This document shows positions 24,609 to 46,433 of a stretch of DNA of 64,000 bases, piece after piece. The stretch is from Azolla caroliniana (lineage: Eukaryota > Plantae > Polypodiophyta), in the NCBI GenBank assembly GCA_043228905.1, contig JBHGNT010000014.1, positions 992,001 through 1,056,000 of the forward strand. The letters are read 5' to 3'. The notes under the pieces were generated by a model. It had not been told where the DNA came from, searched no databases, and saw only the letters and a program-made list of their open reading frames with translations. The translations under genes and the position numbers were made by a program. Position 1 is the first letter of the stretch, and every line of letters begins with the position of its first letter.

Positions 24609-27600
24609 ATTATGCCACTGGGAGAACAAGGGCTTCAATAATCCCTTCTCATATGGAATTTAGGTGGAATCAACACAATACTAACAAAACAATTAGTGAG
24701 GGATTGAAGCATCTTAGGAAGTAATTTGCATAACGATAATTTGCCCTGGTTCACGACAAGAAACACACTAGCTTAGTGATGGCCAATTTGTTTTTTAAAA
24801 CAACGATGTTTGAGCTACATAGAAAGTGGATGTCTCAGATGTCTCTAGCTATGATACTTACACAAGTTATCAATGTTTCTACTCTTAAAAATGCCCACTT
24901 TGAACATTGCATTTTTGTAGGTGATACGTGGTTTTAAAAAAGACATGATACATAGGATTTACGGTTTAGGGAGAGGGGGAGGGAAGGAGAAAGACACAAA
25001 GAATACCAAGTAGAGAAGAGATAGAGATAAAGATAGAAAGACAAAGCAGGAGCTAATCCCATCTAGATTGAGATGGTTTTATCAAGCCATAATTTCAAGA
25101 TGTAGATGTATTGTTTATCTCTCTCTAATCGCATGATAAAAGGCACTAAAATAGTGGGCATGAAGTGGTGGACTTCATTTCCTCAAAACACAATTAAAAA
25201 TGTGGGAATTGTATGGTTGAACTCGACGAAAATAGGATTATGTTGGTATGATGCCCTCCACATCATCATTGAGTCGAAGGTGATTTGTATTAGGATAAGT
25301 GGTTATTTTTATTCATACTTGTCCATCCTATGTTGTGTTAAACTTATGTTTGAAGTCTATTACTAGGTAGTAGACCTTAACATGCGACAAAAGCAAAAGT
25401 GAAGCCCAAGTGTTCTAAAAAATATAAAAGGACGCTTTAACCTATCATAGGGGAAAACATAGTAATCTTTCACTCACTTCAAATTCAAAGCTCTTAAAAG
25501 GCTCGTTAAAAAGGGGATAAAATCCATTGATGAAAACTTGTTCTATTCTTGATAGCTACCTCAATTTCTTAGGTCATCAAGACATAGTATGTAAAGTGAC
25601 ACCCTTACGTCAAATTCTAAATCATTACATATGGGGAAAGTGAATGAAACATATGGTTAGAGTATCATGAATGTTCTATTTTAACGATATGAAATACATA
25701 ACCTATTTAGGGTCGATATAAAGAAATTGATATAAGCTACCATAAGTTATAGTGTGTTCAAACTCAACGAGTCCTACCCTATCCATGGTCTAGTAACTAT
25801 GTTGTTTAGTATGTGGATGTGTGAATTCAAAAACTATTAAATTATATTATGAATAAAGCAATCACCGCTTTCATCCTTTAGTAAAAGACTTCATATGCTC
25901 CGAAAAACACATTAGTTCTAGCTTTGATATTGCCATTGACACTACTAATTCCAACCTTCGATAACAATGTGAATATTGATCACAAAAACAAAATTTAGTA
26001 ACGATACATTGTTTCTTTCTCTTCATTGTTCATGCTTCAAATATTGTGACCTGTTGTTACTAGAGGATGTGGTGATCAAAACGAATGTGAGCTACGAAGT
26101 CGTGACTCGTCAGGGTTTTCATTTCAAAAGTAGAAATATAAGGCTAGTAGAGGAAAGTCGAGTGACATTAAATGACATTGCGAGGTTAATTTGTGTTCAA
26201 GTCATGAATGGTAGTGGTTATCATACGGAAAGTAAGCGAGTGCAAGCAAGCACGAACAACTATCGTATGCCATATGTCTCGGAAGTTCGGATCATCAAAC
26301 AAGGAATCCTTATGTTGTAATATTATACACATATTCTTTATATTGGAGATCCACGTATGGTTAGTGAATGATTCCAATGTGATGATTGTGCTTTGAACAT
26401 TTAAGGTGATTTGCATTCATGCACTCGTTTACTAGCATGGGTTTGGAACTTCTCAATTGTGAAGACAATAGCCGAGCATTTAAAGTGTTCCCATTGTATG
26501 ATTCACTTGGAACTTTTGATTCAGCGTAAGGATGGATCCAACCATTTTTGAAATTGAAAGTGAAGTAGCAATAAACTTCATTTCCTTTTTTCCATAATGT
26601 GTCCTCATATATATATATAATAATATATATATATATAAAGTGGATTGACTATGTTTCTTTCTTTACAAATAGTGCCCCTATCAAGTATGGTTGTCGAATC
26701 TAGAAAACAAAACAATTTCTTCGATAGAATCTTCAACAAATTCTAGGTCATATTAATTATTATTATTATTATTATTATAAGAAGCCCACTTAATATTAAT
26801 ATCAGACTTTGCACTTCCTTATGTTGGGGTAAGGAGGGGTTCGTCAACAAGCAAGTTCGTGTAAAGAAGAGCATTTTGTTGTTTTCACTTGAAGGAGAAA
26901 GTGGTAGAACGAAAAGTTGATACCCATTGATCTATTGTATACTGTCGTTGCAGGAATTTTTTTTAACAAAAACATATCGTGATTTTGTCGCTAGTTAAAG
27001 CATTTCAACAATGTCCCTTCGAAGTACCAGTAATTGACTACACATGGAAGGAATTTTGTTGTCTTCGGTGCCACGTGTAGTTTTAAAAACCCACTAAATT
27101 CCAATAGAAAGACCCACGACGGCACTGTATTTCAAGTTATATATGCATCTTGTTGTACATTTATTATTCAAGAAACTAGTCGTCGTGTTTATTTAAATCT
27201 AACATTATGTTTTAGCCCAGATTTCATGTGTATGATTGGGATTTATGCTTTTAATAAATTTGGACTATGCAATCACGGCTACTATGAGCATATCTCTAAG
27301 GATTCATAATTCTTCATAGGTTTTGTGCTACATATTGGCATCAATACTCTCTTAGGTATCAAATTCTCTCAAAACATTGATGAAGACCAACAATATATAT
27401 AATCTAATAGCAATATTTTGTATCATATCCTCACATGTTGGTATATTTTCAATCCGTGGGTTGTGGAGTATGACTTGTAAAGCCATATTTTTTTGGAGTA
27501 GTTCCTCATGCACAAGATCTTTGCTAAAAAATATTTTTTATTACAAACCTAGTACCATCAAATCTAGATTTTGAGATTTGAACCAAAATCCCTAAGGCAT

Positions 27601-29970
27601 AACATAAGTAAATCATCTTTAAATGTTTATGTTCAAGGTTTTAGATAATGAATCAATCAATTGCTAGATGGAGAATGTCTAAAATGTTGTAAATAGCAAA
27701 AGAATGTAATGCCTTGACAGTGTACTTACGCAAGTGATGCCTTGTTTCAAATCCGTCCCTTTAAGCAAAACAAAATTGCATGTATGTTTATGTGTATGGA
27801 TGTATGTATATTGTTTGATAGCTATGTACTCATGGTTTTTAGAAACTCTTGTAGCATAAGGATGATGTGATTTTGAGAAGCATACGCATGTTTCTTCTAA
27901 AGTCTTGTAGCAAAGGGGTGATGTGATTTGGAGAAGCCTATGCGTATATCATTACGTAAGTTCAAGATATTTCATCACATGCAAATCATAATGAGAATGA
28001 AGTTGCTGAGAGACAAAAAAAATCCAATTACTTGTTTGGAACTATTGTAGCATCAAGATCACAAGCACAAACGATGAATATATTGATGATAATTACAACT
28101 AGAAGCACATGGAGTGTTCTTTAGTAAAGAAATAATATGTGTTGTTTTTATGGAATCAAGAGCTATATTTCTAAGTTCAAGAACTTTTTAATATTTGAAA
28201 CTATTTATGTCAATGTAAACTTTCCAATAAACTACCCTAACTATGCTTGTCAAAACAATAGACCATCTCTTAGAGAAGGGATTGGTAATAGACTGGAATC
28301 ACGTGTTCATTATCTTCATTTTGAGGTGTATTGAAGGATACACCCGCATAAACACAACGATTGAAATTAATGCAAACTTTGAATATCTTGTTTTCTATGT
28401 GTGCATTCAAGAACTATTCATATTTGGCTTATTCAAAGCTTCAATAGTTCGAAGTGCAAATTCCAATCAATTCGGAAACTATATAGTGGATATATTATTA
28501 TGCTCAATGTATATGTGTGTACGGCATACCCATGCTAGCAATTTGCTTTCCATATCATACATAACACACACATTAGTCTAAATGTCTTTCTCTTTCTTGG
28601 TGAATAGAATGATAGCTCATTGTATCCTTAATCATATTACACTAGGTAAAGACTTTTCATATACGTGTATGAACATTTTGAAGTCCATGCGGGAATCTTT
28701 TTTCATCAATGTGTGTGACCATTAGAGAGAGAGAGAGAGAGAATATCACGTCAACAATTGTATTGGACAATGGACATATTATTTTCAGACAATACACTCT
28801 TAATACATGTAGACCCAACTCAAGACCTCTACGTAATCCTCAATTAAGGGACACCATGCGAATGTTTCAACAAGGCCCTCTCACACACCACGAGCATTAG
28901 TATGATTTAGTAACTACAATTATTAACCACAAATAAAGTTCACATCAATGTATAAGAGTCTTGAAAGTTTCGCAATTCTCGACAAACTATCCTTTGGAAC
29001 AACTTAGACAAACGTCAAGAAAAAATACATCTTTACTATAGAAAACTCCCTTGTCTTATCGAAATGTTTTGAAGGAATGCAAATCCTTTCTTTATGTACC
29101 CATTTATTATATATTTGGTTCTGAATTTCCCCAACAATTGTTTTACATGTCCAATTATATTTTTGAAACAAATTCATTCTAAAAATTTTAGCATTTTCTC
29201 CTTTCTAGCATGTGATATTTCCATAACCTTCATTAGACATGTCTTTATTCTAATTTAGGGCTCACACCATTGTAAAATCCTTGTTATAGAAGTAGAAAAA
29301 TGGAGCCGGTGCAAAGAAGAGACTAGTTGTCATATCTATGAGTTAGTCAAAGTTCATCATATCATTGAAATTCGTAATGTTTCAAGAATGGAACCATTCA
29401 ACCAGAGTATTCTTGAACGACAAACCGTTTGAGAATCCCTTCACTAATAAGTAAAGACAATTTCTTAAGTTGTTGCAAAAGATAGGGGTTATGGTCAAGA
29501 GGTGATGAAATGATCATTATATGATGATTGACGCCGTGGCATTGGAACAAACTGGAGTTCTTAAAAGAGGATTGTAGGCCCAAGATAGAGGGAGGACATA
29601 TTAGTGTCCACTAATGAAAATTAACAATGCCTACAGAATTTGGAAGACAATAAAAGTGCAATTCACGAAGCATTTTTATGCTTGAAACATGATCATACAC
29701 AAGTACATAAAACATGGGGTTAGCTCAAGGGTAGTTGGTGCAGTTAGGCTACCATTATTTCCCTCAAATCTTTTCATATTATGTGCCCACTTGAAAGAGA
29801 GAACGAATTATCCGGCTTCCATCTCTTAAAGCAATTTTGCATGACTTGTGCCCAACCAAAAGACAAAATGCTTGGTCTTCAAAGTTGATTGGTGGAATTC
29901 AAACATGGAGTGTTAAGCGATGCATTCACCATCGTTTCCTTTACTACTTTATGATAACTTTAGTCACACA

Positions 29971-30225
29971 ACCATAAAATAGTAATAGAGTAACATATTC
30001 ATGCTACTTTGATCACACTACCATTGCAGCCTCAAAATCATGCTACCATAAATAGTAATGGAGTAACATATTCATGCTACCTTGATCACACTACCATTAG
30101 AGCCTCAAAATCATGCTACCATAAATTAGTAAACGGAGTAACATGTTCATGCTACTTTGATCAGACTACCATTAGAGCCTCAAAATCATGCTACCATAAA
30201 ATAGTAAATGGAGTAACATATTCAT
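29971..30225. repeat. ~74-bp minisatellite, about 3.4 copies
   Basis: Unit ACCATAAAATAGTAATGGAGTAACATATTCATGCTACTTTGATCACACTACCATTAGAGCCTCAAAATCATGCT. Confidence 0.9.
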
Positions 30226-31400
30226 CCGCAATGGCTAGTCTCTACATGCACACGAGGGAGGTGGAATTTTAAACCCTGCAACAACCATTTATCCTGCAAT
30301 GTTTGGAAGGCAGCAAGTCTTAATGAAGGCTTTCAACAATATAGAAATGCATTAGACCATGAGGTTGCATCAAAAGAGAGTCAACGACATAAAAATGCAC
30401 TCGTAAAACATAATATACATTCATCCTACAACACTTGCATATCAAAAATAGCAATGAGATACATCCTTGCATTGTCTCCCTTTTATCTCAACCCAAATGT
30501 GTTACAACATGATCCATTCAAAAGTATTTGTTTGGTTCATGTGGTGCTCAATGAAAGGCTGTTTCCTAAGTTTCTTCCTCAAACACATTATAGTCCCATA
30601 GATCTCGTCTCTACTTGCAAGATCTGTTCAGCAAAATTGCACCAGTGAATTTAACCAACCCTCCATTAGGACTCTCCATGAATTCACAAATTTTTTTTCA
30701 ACTATGTTAACTTTTCATATATTTAACTACTGTTACATATAAAGCCCTGCACCATATGTATGAAAGGAAACAATGAGATCTACAGAAAGAGAAACTAAAT
30801 TACAAACCAAGAAAGTTCAACGACGAAACAGAGACTGACACAAAGAGAAACAATGTTTTATGCCGAAGGCATGCTTACCTAAATAGAAAAAGACGACTTG
30901 TTCATTTACCATATTAGCATGCTAATGGAACATTCTTGATCACTTGAAAACAAAGCCCAATTGATGAATTGAAGACGAGTAGAAAAACAAGCTTCACAAT
31001 GGTACACCCCCAACTTAATAATAATAAAAACAAAACATACAGCTGAGAAAAGAGATTTAACACACTTTGACATTGATCAATATTGGATAGCTTCATGGTT
31101 ACTAAACTCTCTCTCAGATCGTCATAGGCCTAAATGCATGAATGTGACACAGGTTCATGGAAAAAAAATAGATAAATCAAATCTTTACCCATCTTATAAG
31201 ATGGAGCACAGTTCACACTCTCATATGCCATCAGACGCTACTTCTTTGGGTTGACATTACATTGGAGTTCCGATTTCCATAGCATTCTTACATTATGAGT
31301 GAAAATATATTCATTGACCAGTTTTAAGTATGGGATATATTCATGTTTGCAAACCAACGAAACAAACAAAACCTATGGACTAAGACTATCGATGCACTGC

Positions 31401-38835
<7,435 letters not shown>

Positions 38836-39094
38836 GGCGGCTTCTTCTTCTTCTTCTTGATCCTGCTCCGCTGCCTGTCCACCTCCTTCTGTGCGTTCGT
38901 TCGTTTGTCTGCGTGTGGTCGGAGCGTCCTTCGTTCGTTTGTCAGAAGACAAGAAGACGCAGGCGTGCAGAGAGAGAGAGAGAGAGAGAAGAAACAGAGG
39001 ATGCGGCTATGGCGTTGCTTCCTTATAAACACAGAAAAAACAGAGAGACAGAGAAATAGAGACAGAGAGAGAAAGAGACAGAGAAAAAGAGAGG

Positions 39095-39220
39095 ACCCGA
39101 ATAATGGCCGGACAACCCAAATAATGGCCGGACAACCCAAATAATGGCCAGACAACCCGAATAATGGCCAGACAACCCGAATAATGGCCGGACAACCCGA
39201 ATAATGGCCGGACAATCCGA
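39095..39220. repeat. 20-bp tandem repeat, 6 copies, immediately upstream of RPT6
   Basis: ATAATGGCCRGACAACCCRA at 39101, 39121, 39141, 39161, 39181 and 39201. Confidence 0.92.
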
Positions 39221-39259
39221 TGGCCTGGATAGCCCCCCCGAGACCCATCACTTTGCCCC

Positions 39260-39330
39260 CGATGGCCCAACACCGACCCGAGCTTTGGCCCATCCCTTCA
39301 CCTGTACCACAAAACTCGAGCTGGCCCGAT
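39260..39330 (-). promoter_or_regulatory. Candidate site II / TGGGC motifs in the RPT6 promoter
   Basis: GGCCCA (TGGGCC on the gene strand) at ~39264 and ~39287, plus GGCCCG at ~39324. TGGGCY motifs are common in plant proteasome and housekeeping promoters. Short motifs, so weak evidence. Confidence 0.35.
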
Positions 39331-42300
39331 AAGCTCCCTTTCCTTTCCATTTTTGCCTTTTTAGCCTTTCGCTTGCTCCTTCACTTGGAATCCGACCTGG
39401 GGAAAAAAAAAACCGGAGACGCCACCCCCACCCCACCCACCTGGCTTTTTACGTGCTCATGTGTGTATCCTCCTCTCGCTTGCGTTAATTAACCTAACTT
39501 TGCTACGAGTTCCTACATGCTTCTTTCTTGTTACTACGTTGTTTGCCTGGCTTGCTATGAGTTTCGACATGCTTGCTTTTGTTACTTGCTTTCTCACTTC
39601 GTCTTTGACCATTTAACTTAACTCATCGAGCACGTACTTGAACCTCTATTACTTATTATTAACATATGTCTTCCGTTTGTATAACCTAACCTGCTCTTAC
39701 TTGAACCTCTATTACTTATTACTGGTTTGTATAACCTAACCTGCGCTTACTTCACCTAGCTCCTTGTTGCTTGTTTACGTGTATTGTCGATTATACAATC
39801 TAACTTTCTTAGGCTTAACTTGGGTTTCTATGTTCTTGTTTGCATTTCTGTTCAATTGTATAACCGACCTATTGAGGCTTTATCTACCCGTCTACTGCTT
39901 TGTCACTTGTATCTTAATGTATAACCTAATTTACAAAGGCTTTAACTTCACATACGGCCTACTTGTATCTTCCTAAACCGTAATGAAGTTAATGCCTCCA
40001 TAAGCCGTAGTGATCTAGCTGTGTAGTAAAAATTGGATCACTAATGCATTGACATAATTGAAGGTTATTGTGGTTTCATTCTTGATTTGCATAAATGGTA
40101 GTTGGCCCATCAATTTCCATCTGATGTTGTATGCATGTGCCTCAGTTTATCAGTCGGCAAAGCAAATTCCAAGTGTTTTTTAAAGAACTTAAACATTTGA
40201 TGGCTTTACCATCGTATTTATTCCTACTTGGCTTTGACCATGGGTGCATTAGTTTTCCCTACATTTACAAATAGATTTGTTATGGATGCATAGAACACAT
40301 GTCCATGTGAACAAACATTTTCAAGAGTAGCATTTATACGAGGAAATATATGAGTTAGCAGATATCTTTGTGGATCATCTAGGTCACTTTTTATGGTCCA
40401 TAGATTTGTATTGTGTTAGATCACAATATAAAATTTATCAATCATTTTTGTTGGGGGCGTTCAAACAACATGCCATCCTGAAATTGGTGTCCACACTAAA
40501 AATGTTAATAACGTATTTGAACATATGATCCGCATGTACAAATTTAGGAGGATTCTTTTCTCCTTTTATAGTTCGCAACTAGCATTGTAGGAGTTTTTAT
40601 GGGTTTGGCCCATTTGTGTCATTTAGGATTTCCAACCTTGATCACTCATCATCGTTGGGTTGTAACAAGGAAACCTTTCTTAACATTAGGATTTCATTTT
40701 ATACCATTAATGTTTGTTAGATTTTGCACATTGCAATATTCAAACGTGGAGTATGTGATATATGTAACACAACCCATGAAGACATCAACTTTGGTGTGGC
40801 TACAAAATCTAGTTTAAGACTAGGAAAAAGAGGGATAGAACAAAAGTGTCTTTAGAGCTTCAAGCCAAATGACCACCTCAATGTGTAAGGGGACAAAGCC
40901 TTTGTAAAAAGGTATAATAAAAGTCATTTTTTGTGACTTTTTAGCTTCTTCCTTGATCTTGAGTCTTGAAGAAGCTATAGCACATGGGTTTTATGATGGT
41001 ATAGAATATCTATGAAGTGGCTTCATTTAATTACTTGTTTACACATGAAGAAGATTACATAGTTTGATCAATAATTTATGTTCAAGTGAAAAACACTCCT
41101 ACTACCAATGGAAGTGTTTCTTTAAGATTTCTCCAATGCTTAATCACAAAATATAAGAAGCTAAAAAGTACTCCTTGAATTCAGGTCCATTTATGATTGG
41201 ATGGAAGCTCAAAAAAGTGGATTTTGTCATGGTATAGAATATTTAACAACCAGAAATGTTTTGTGATGCCCATACTCAACTAAAAATACTTCCTTCGCAG
41301 ATGGAAGTGTTTCTTTAAGGTTTCCCCACCATATTTTGATTGCTAGAGGTTGATTTGTCATTACAAATCAAAACACTAATAGTCAATAATGAACATTTAC
41401 ATTAAGAAAACAATAGATAAGGGTGCTTAACCACACTAATCACCCTTGAACAAAGGACAAAAGATGAACATAAAATACCACCAATGTCCCATACTAGTGA
41501 CCATTACCTCATGCTATACCTCGGATCTTGAGATGAACTAATTTGAAAACAGAGAGCTTTGTCTCACCAATAGAGATGAAGGGGGTCTCAAGATGTCTCA
41601 TGAAGGCAATAGCCAATCCCCTTATTTTAGCCCAAGGGCCAACTACTTAGTTACCAAACTATCATGTATTCCCATTGTGTTAGAGGTCCTTCAAGATTTG
41701 GAATAACTATTTTACGCTCACCCTACCTTTAACCTACTTAAATTTAGAATAGTTCTGTAAGGTCATATCTATAACATTTGATGTTTATACTTGTTTGTTA
41801 GAGAGGGGGAGCCATAAATGTCTTCAACACATGATGAGTTGGGGCAAAAGAAGAGAACAAGAATAAAGAAAACTAAACTATCTATATTGTAATTTCACTA
41901 TGTTGTATAGAAGAGGATTCTTTTATAGGGTTCTACTCCAATAAACTCATTAGGTTCATTGATTCCTTGCCCTATTGTATATTCTAATTCATACACATGC
42001 CTATTTGATTGGGCACATGCTTCTTCAATCAACATGCAAAGGAGGGTTAAATGGAGTTGACACATGTGCCATGCTAGTCAGAACAAAGTATGACATATGA
42101 GCATCCAACCTAATTGACAAGCAACTTAGTAATACAAATACAAAGCCCTCAGTGCTACACAACCAGAACTACTTCCTTTCTCTGCATCAAAAATACAATG
42201 GATCTGATAAATTTCAATGGAATGGAAAAAAGTCCAGACAATTGAAGGCTCTACAATAGTGTATCAAGGTTGTTTGTTGGTAGCCATAGATTCTTCCCCA

Positions 42301-42554
42301 AAACCATCTTCTCTAGAAGAATCACAAACTGCATTGTATATAGATTGCACAAAAAATTTCTACACTAAAAATAATTTCATCATCATAGCTATATCTACAA
42401 TTCTTACATCCTCTATCACCTTCGCTGTTGCTACAAAATTTTGCTCTGATTATTAAAATCAGTCATAAACACCGACAACTTTGGGCTGACCTTCTCTGCA
42501 ACTAACAGGAGACTGCCCATTTTGTAACAAAGCAATGTATTGTACTATTGATAC

Positions 42555-45500
42555 CTACTTTGCCCACTCTAGTTCTGAATCAGTTTTCCCTGTCGCCGAA
42601 CCTTCAAGTTGGATTAAAGAAGGATTGGCAAAAGCATGCCATCCCATTAGGTATGGTATGATGAACTGCCAACAAACAGAAAAGAATGCTCAGTGTTATA
42701 CTATAGCCCTCCATGAAATACTAAAGAACAATGTTCTGTCAAATACCGAAGAACACAGCAATTATAAAAAGGGGAAAACTCCGAAATAGCCAGTGTTTCT
42801 CCCAAATGCACCTAAGTTTTGTTATATCCCCAATTCCCTTCTTGAGCAGTTGCATGTGCTATTTGAGCAATTATATGTGCAATTCACCAATTACCAGCAC
42901 TACCTTTTTTCTTTCAGGGGTTGACTGGCACATTTGAGGAAATAAACTTAGGGCATTTCAAGAAAAAATGAAAAAAAATCATGTCTTTCAGAGTTCTTCC
43001 CTTATAAAAAAAAAAAAACTAAACAATTACACATACATTAAATGATGATCTCATGACAGCAAACTCTGCCTTTGTGATGGGCAAGGAGAAACGTTCATCC
43101 GCTTGTTGCTTCTTGTCAGAAAAGGCTGGAAATTTGATGTGATTCAATTAATAGAATAAAGATGATAGACATTCAAAACAAGGGCAGCACATTCAAATTG
43201 TGTCTTACTCATGTTAAAGAAAAATCCTGTCTTGTCAGGCATGCCTTCAACTTTCAAAGTTTTCCGTATCGTCCCTGCATCACTGCAAATTCAACCTCTC
43301 ATTTTAATCACAGACATCTCTCACTATAGATACATAATAATAGATAGATATAGATACATATATTGTGTGTGTATGTGTATGGACGGATGGATGGATGTGC
43401 ACATATAATTAAGCATGTGTGTGCATATTTTCTGTTGGGCCTTTTTTATCCCCTATTTTGTGAATATTTTGACTTTGAGATGTAAAACTATTTGTGGGTT
43501 CCTTAGAGGTTTCTCATTACAGCATAATACGTGGTGCATTGCTAGAATAAAGAAAAGTGTTTGCCTATATATGTGGATGGATGGATGTGCACAAATAGAC
43601 ACATACATAATATATAAATATATCAAAGATGTTTACTGGAAATTTCCATCTTTGACCTTTGATGACATATTACCTCAGATGAAACATTCTCAGTCCAAGT
43701 AGTATGCACGATAAACACACGCATTATAAACATTACAAACCTTGTGCCCATGTGTGGATCATGGAAAAATTCAACACTTTCCGAAGTTGTAAGCCCTATC
43801 AGTCCACCCAATTCAGTAGCCGAAAGGGCGATAACCTGCATGGATAAATATTGACATAAATAGAATCTAAATAGTTTGAGTTTGCTATAAGAACCAAGCA
43901 GATTGAGGTTCAATATAATTTGAGTTTTTTGCAATGTATCATTGCTCCTCTGCTAAAATTCTAGGTTTCTTCACCAGCAAACAAGAACACATACTTGTTT
44001 CCGACTCCAATCATACTGACGTGGACCTGTAGATGGTGCAAACTCCATAAACAAAGAACCCTCCTTTTCCAAAGCAAATCCACCATTCTGTTGAACAACA
44101 AGGCCAATTAAAATTAGAGTCTTTCTCAGCAACATTCAAGTTACTGAGATTAGAATCACAGTAGCCTCACCTCAGTTTTCTTGAAGATAGGTCTTCCAGG
44201 GTGCATTGACAGAGCAGTTTTGGTCTTGTAAAATGTGTGATGTACAAATATTCTCGCATCTGAAGAAAGGAAAACGAGAAACAGCATGTATAATTTTCTC
44301 AAAACTGACGAAACTTTATATTGCTGAAAGAATACATGGCATATTCTGTGGGATATAAGCTTTCCATAAGGATATTGCCAATTACAGCAAGTGCATTTGT
44401 GTTAGTGTCCCAAAGTGCCATGTCTTCAATTACCTAGTACCAGAAGCATATCTTATGTGCATTCTCTACATTCTGAATGGTGATAGGCAATGATAATTGA
44501 AGTAAATGTCTGCATGGTTATCCCATAAACCATGGAGATCCATTGAAACCATATTAAAACAGCATAAAAAGTCATGAAAAACAGAACAGTTTGTATGAAA
44601 GAGATGGTGAAAGAACAATCAAGAAAACAGAAGATTTTGATGAGAAATGTGCTAGAAAATATACAGATATAGAACGAAGCCGTGAAACTGATATCTTTAT
44701 ATGAGAATGTGAAAGAAAATACACAAATTTAATACTGTTCCGTAATCAATATACAGATATAGCATGAAGACGCAACAAAAATGAGTGAAGAAAACAGACA
44801 AAATTATGAGAAAAGAAGAGCGGAAATCTACTACATGTTACCTTTCTGCATCAGTAAGACCTAAACAAATATATATGAAACAGAAATCGTGTATAGAAAC
44901 CAGAAAGCAACGATGAGAGAGTGAGAAGCATACCACTATTCTGCACATGTAGAGCATAAAACAACACAAAAAACACTGAATGAGATAAGGATACCAATAT
45001 TCTCCATATGTAGGGCATAAAAAACAGCACAAATCATACAAAATGAGAGGAGCATACCATTTTTCTGCCACATTCAATCAAGGATAGGGATACACAATCA
45101 AAATTCATCTAGTGGAAGTGTGATTTACAAATCTTTGCATTTAAATAGCTATATGAATGACGAAGATCAACAGCATATATTGGCAAAGGCAACACTATAG
45201 AAGCCATATAAAAACAACATAAAAATAATGAAAAACAGAAGAGTTTGCGTTAAAGAGATGGAGACCGAGTGATCAAGAAAACTGAAGATTTTGATGAAAA
45301 TTGAGTGAGAAAATATATGGCTGTGGCAGGAAGCCGCAACATAAATGACTCTACAAAACTGATATCTTTTTACAAGAATGAGAAAGAAAATATACAAATT
45401 TAATAATATTCTGCAATCAATTAGACAGAAAAAAGCAAAAATAACTGAAGAAAACAAACAATTTGATGAGAAAAGAAGAGAAGAAATCGATTACATGACA

Positions 45501-46433
45501 CTATTTTGCATCAATAAGACTTAAATAAATATATATGAAACATAAATTGAGTATCGAAACCAGAAACAACAATGAGAAAGAACGAATTATATCACTATTC
45601 CGCATCAATAAGACATAACCAAATATATAAGAAACAGAAACTGAGTATAGAAACCAGAGACAACGGTGAGAGAGAGCAAAGCGTACCACTAATTTGCACA
45701 TGTAGAGCATAAAACAACACAAAAAACATTAAATGAGATAAGGATACCACTATTCTCCATTTGTAGGACATAAAACAGCACAAATCATACAAAATGAGAG
45801 GAGCATACCAGCATTCTGCATATATAGCAGCATATAAAACGACAACAGGAAAAACAAACAATGAGAGAAATAAAACACAAAACACCATTATTTTGGATAG
45901 GAAAGATATAAAACCATACAAATTGCACGAAATGAGAGGAGGATACCACTATCCATTCTGCATACGTAACACAAAATCGCACAAATGGCATAACATCAGA
46001 GAAGCATACCGCTATTCTGCAACGGTAGGACATAAAACAACACAAATGACGGGAGAAAACATAAGTTATTATTGTTTTTTTTAATTTCTTTTTGAGAGAG
46101 ATCCAATACTACTATTTTGCATAGGTAAACAGTAAAGATCACTAAACCATCCAGGAGAACACAAACTGTGTGACCAGAGAGAGAGAGAGAGAGAGAGAGA
46201 AGGCATGGCTTACCGCTATTCTGCAGCTGTTTGGGAGACAGGGTCGGAGAGGCGGCAGTGCTGAAGCGTCTGTGAGGAGAAGGGGAAGATGCCGAGGAGG
46301 AGAAAACGGCACGTCTCCATTGGCAGAAGTGGTGGGGATTGCACGCCTGCTTCTTCTGCAAGATTTGGGCAGCCACAGAGAAAGGCGAGAGAGACGAGGG
46401 GGGCCTGCAGAGCATCTTAGACGCCATATCCAT
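42555..46433 (-). CDS. WHY: Whirly organellar ssDNA-binding protein with N-terminal transit peptide. Exons 46433-46214, 44259-44171, 44087-43995, 43835-43741, 43282-43209, 43125-43037, 42665-42555
   Basis: RIFVHHTFYKTKTALSM, EGSLFMEFAPSTGPRQYDWSRKQVIALSATELG, EFFHDP, RKTLKVE, PITKAEFAV, FNFIIPYLMGWHAF, LEW at the C-terminus. Ser/Pro/Arg-rich leader; 771 nt gives 256 aa. Confidence 0.95.
44560..46050. repeat. Diverged ~0.5-0.6-kb duplication with sub-repeats in Whirly intron 1
   Basis: ~44560-45070 aligns with ~45215-45820 (e.g. GCACATGTAGAGCATAAAACAACACAAAAAAC..CACAAATCATACAAAATGAGAGGAGCATACCA in both). Shorter motif copies continue to ~46050. Confidence 0.8.

Noticed and set aside
25400-29900. 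Short scattered ORFs between PIP5K and RPT6
   Set aside because: No recognisable domains or consistent exon structure; probably ancient repeat debris.
39095-39220. 20-bp array (and the 74-bp array at 29971) as CRISPR-like
   Set aside because: Units abut directly with no unique spacers; eukaryotic context and no cas genes.
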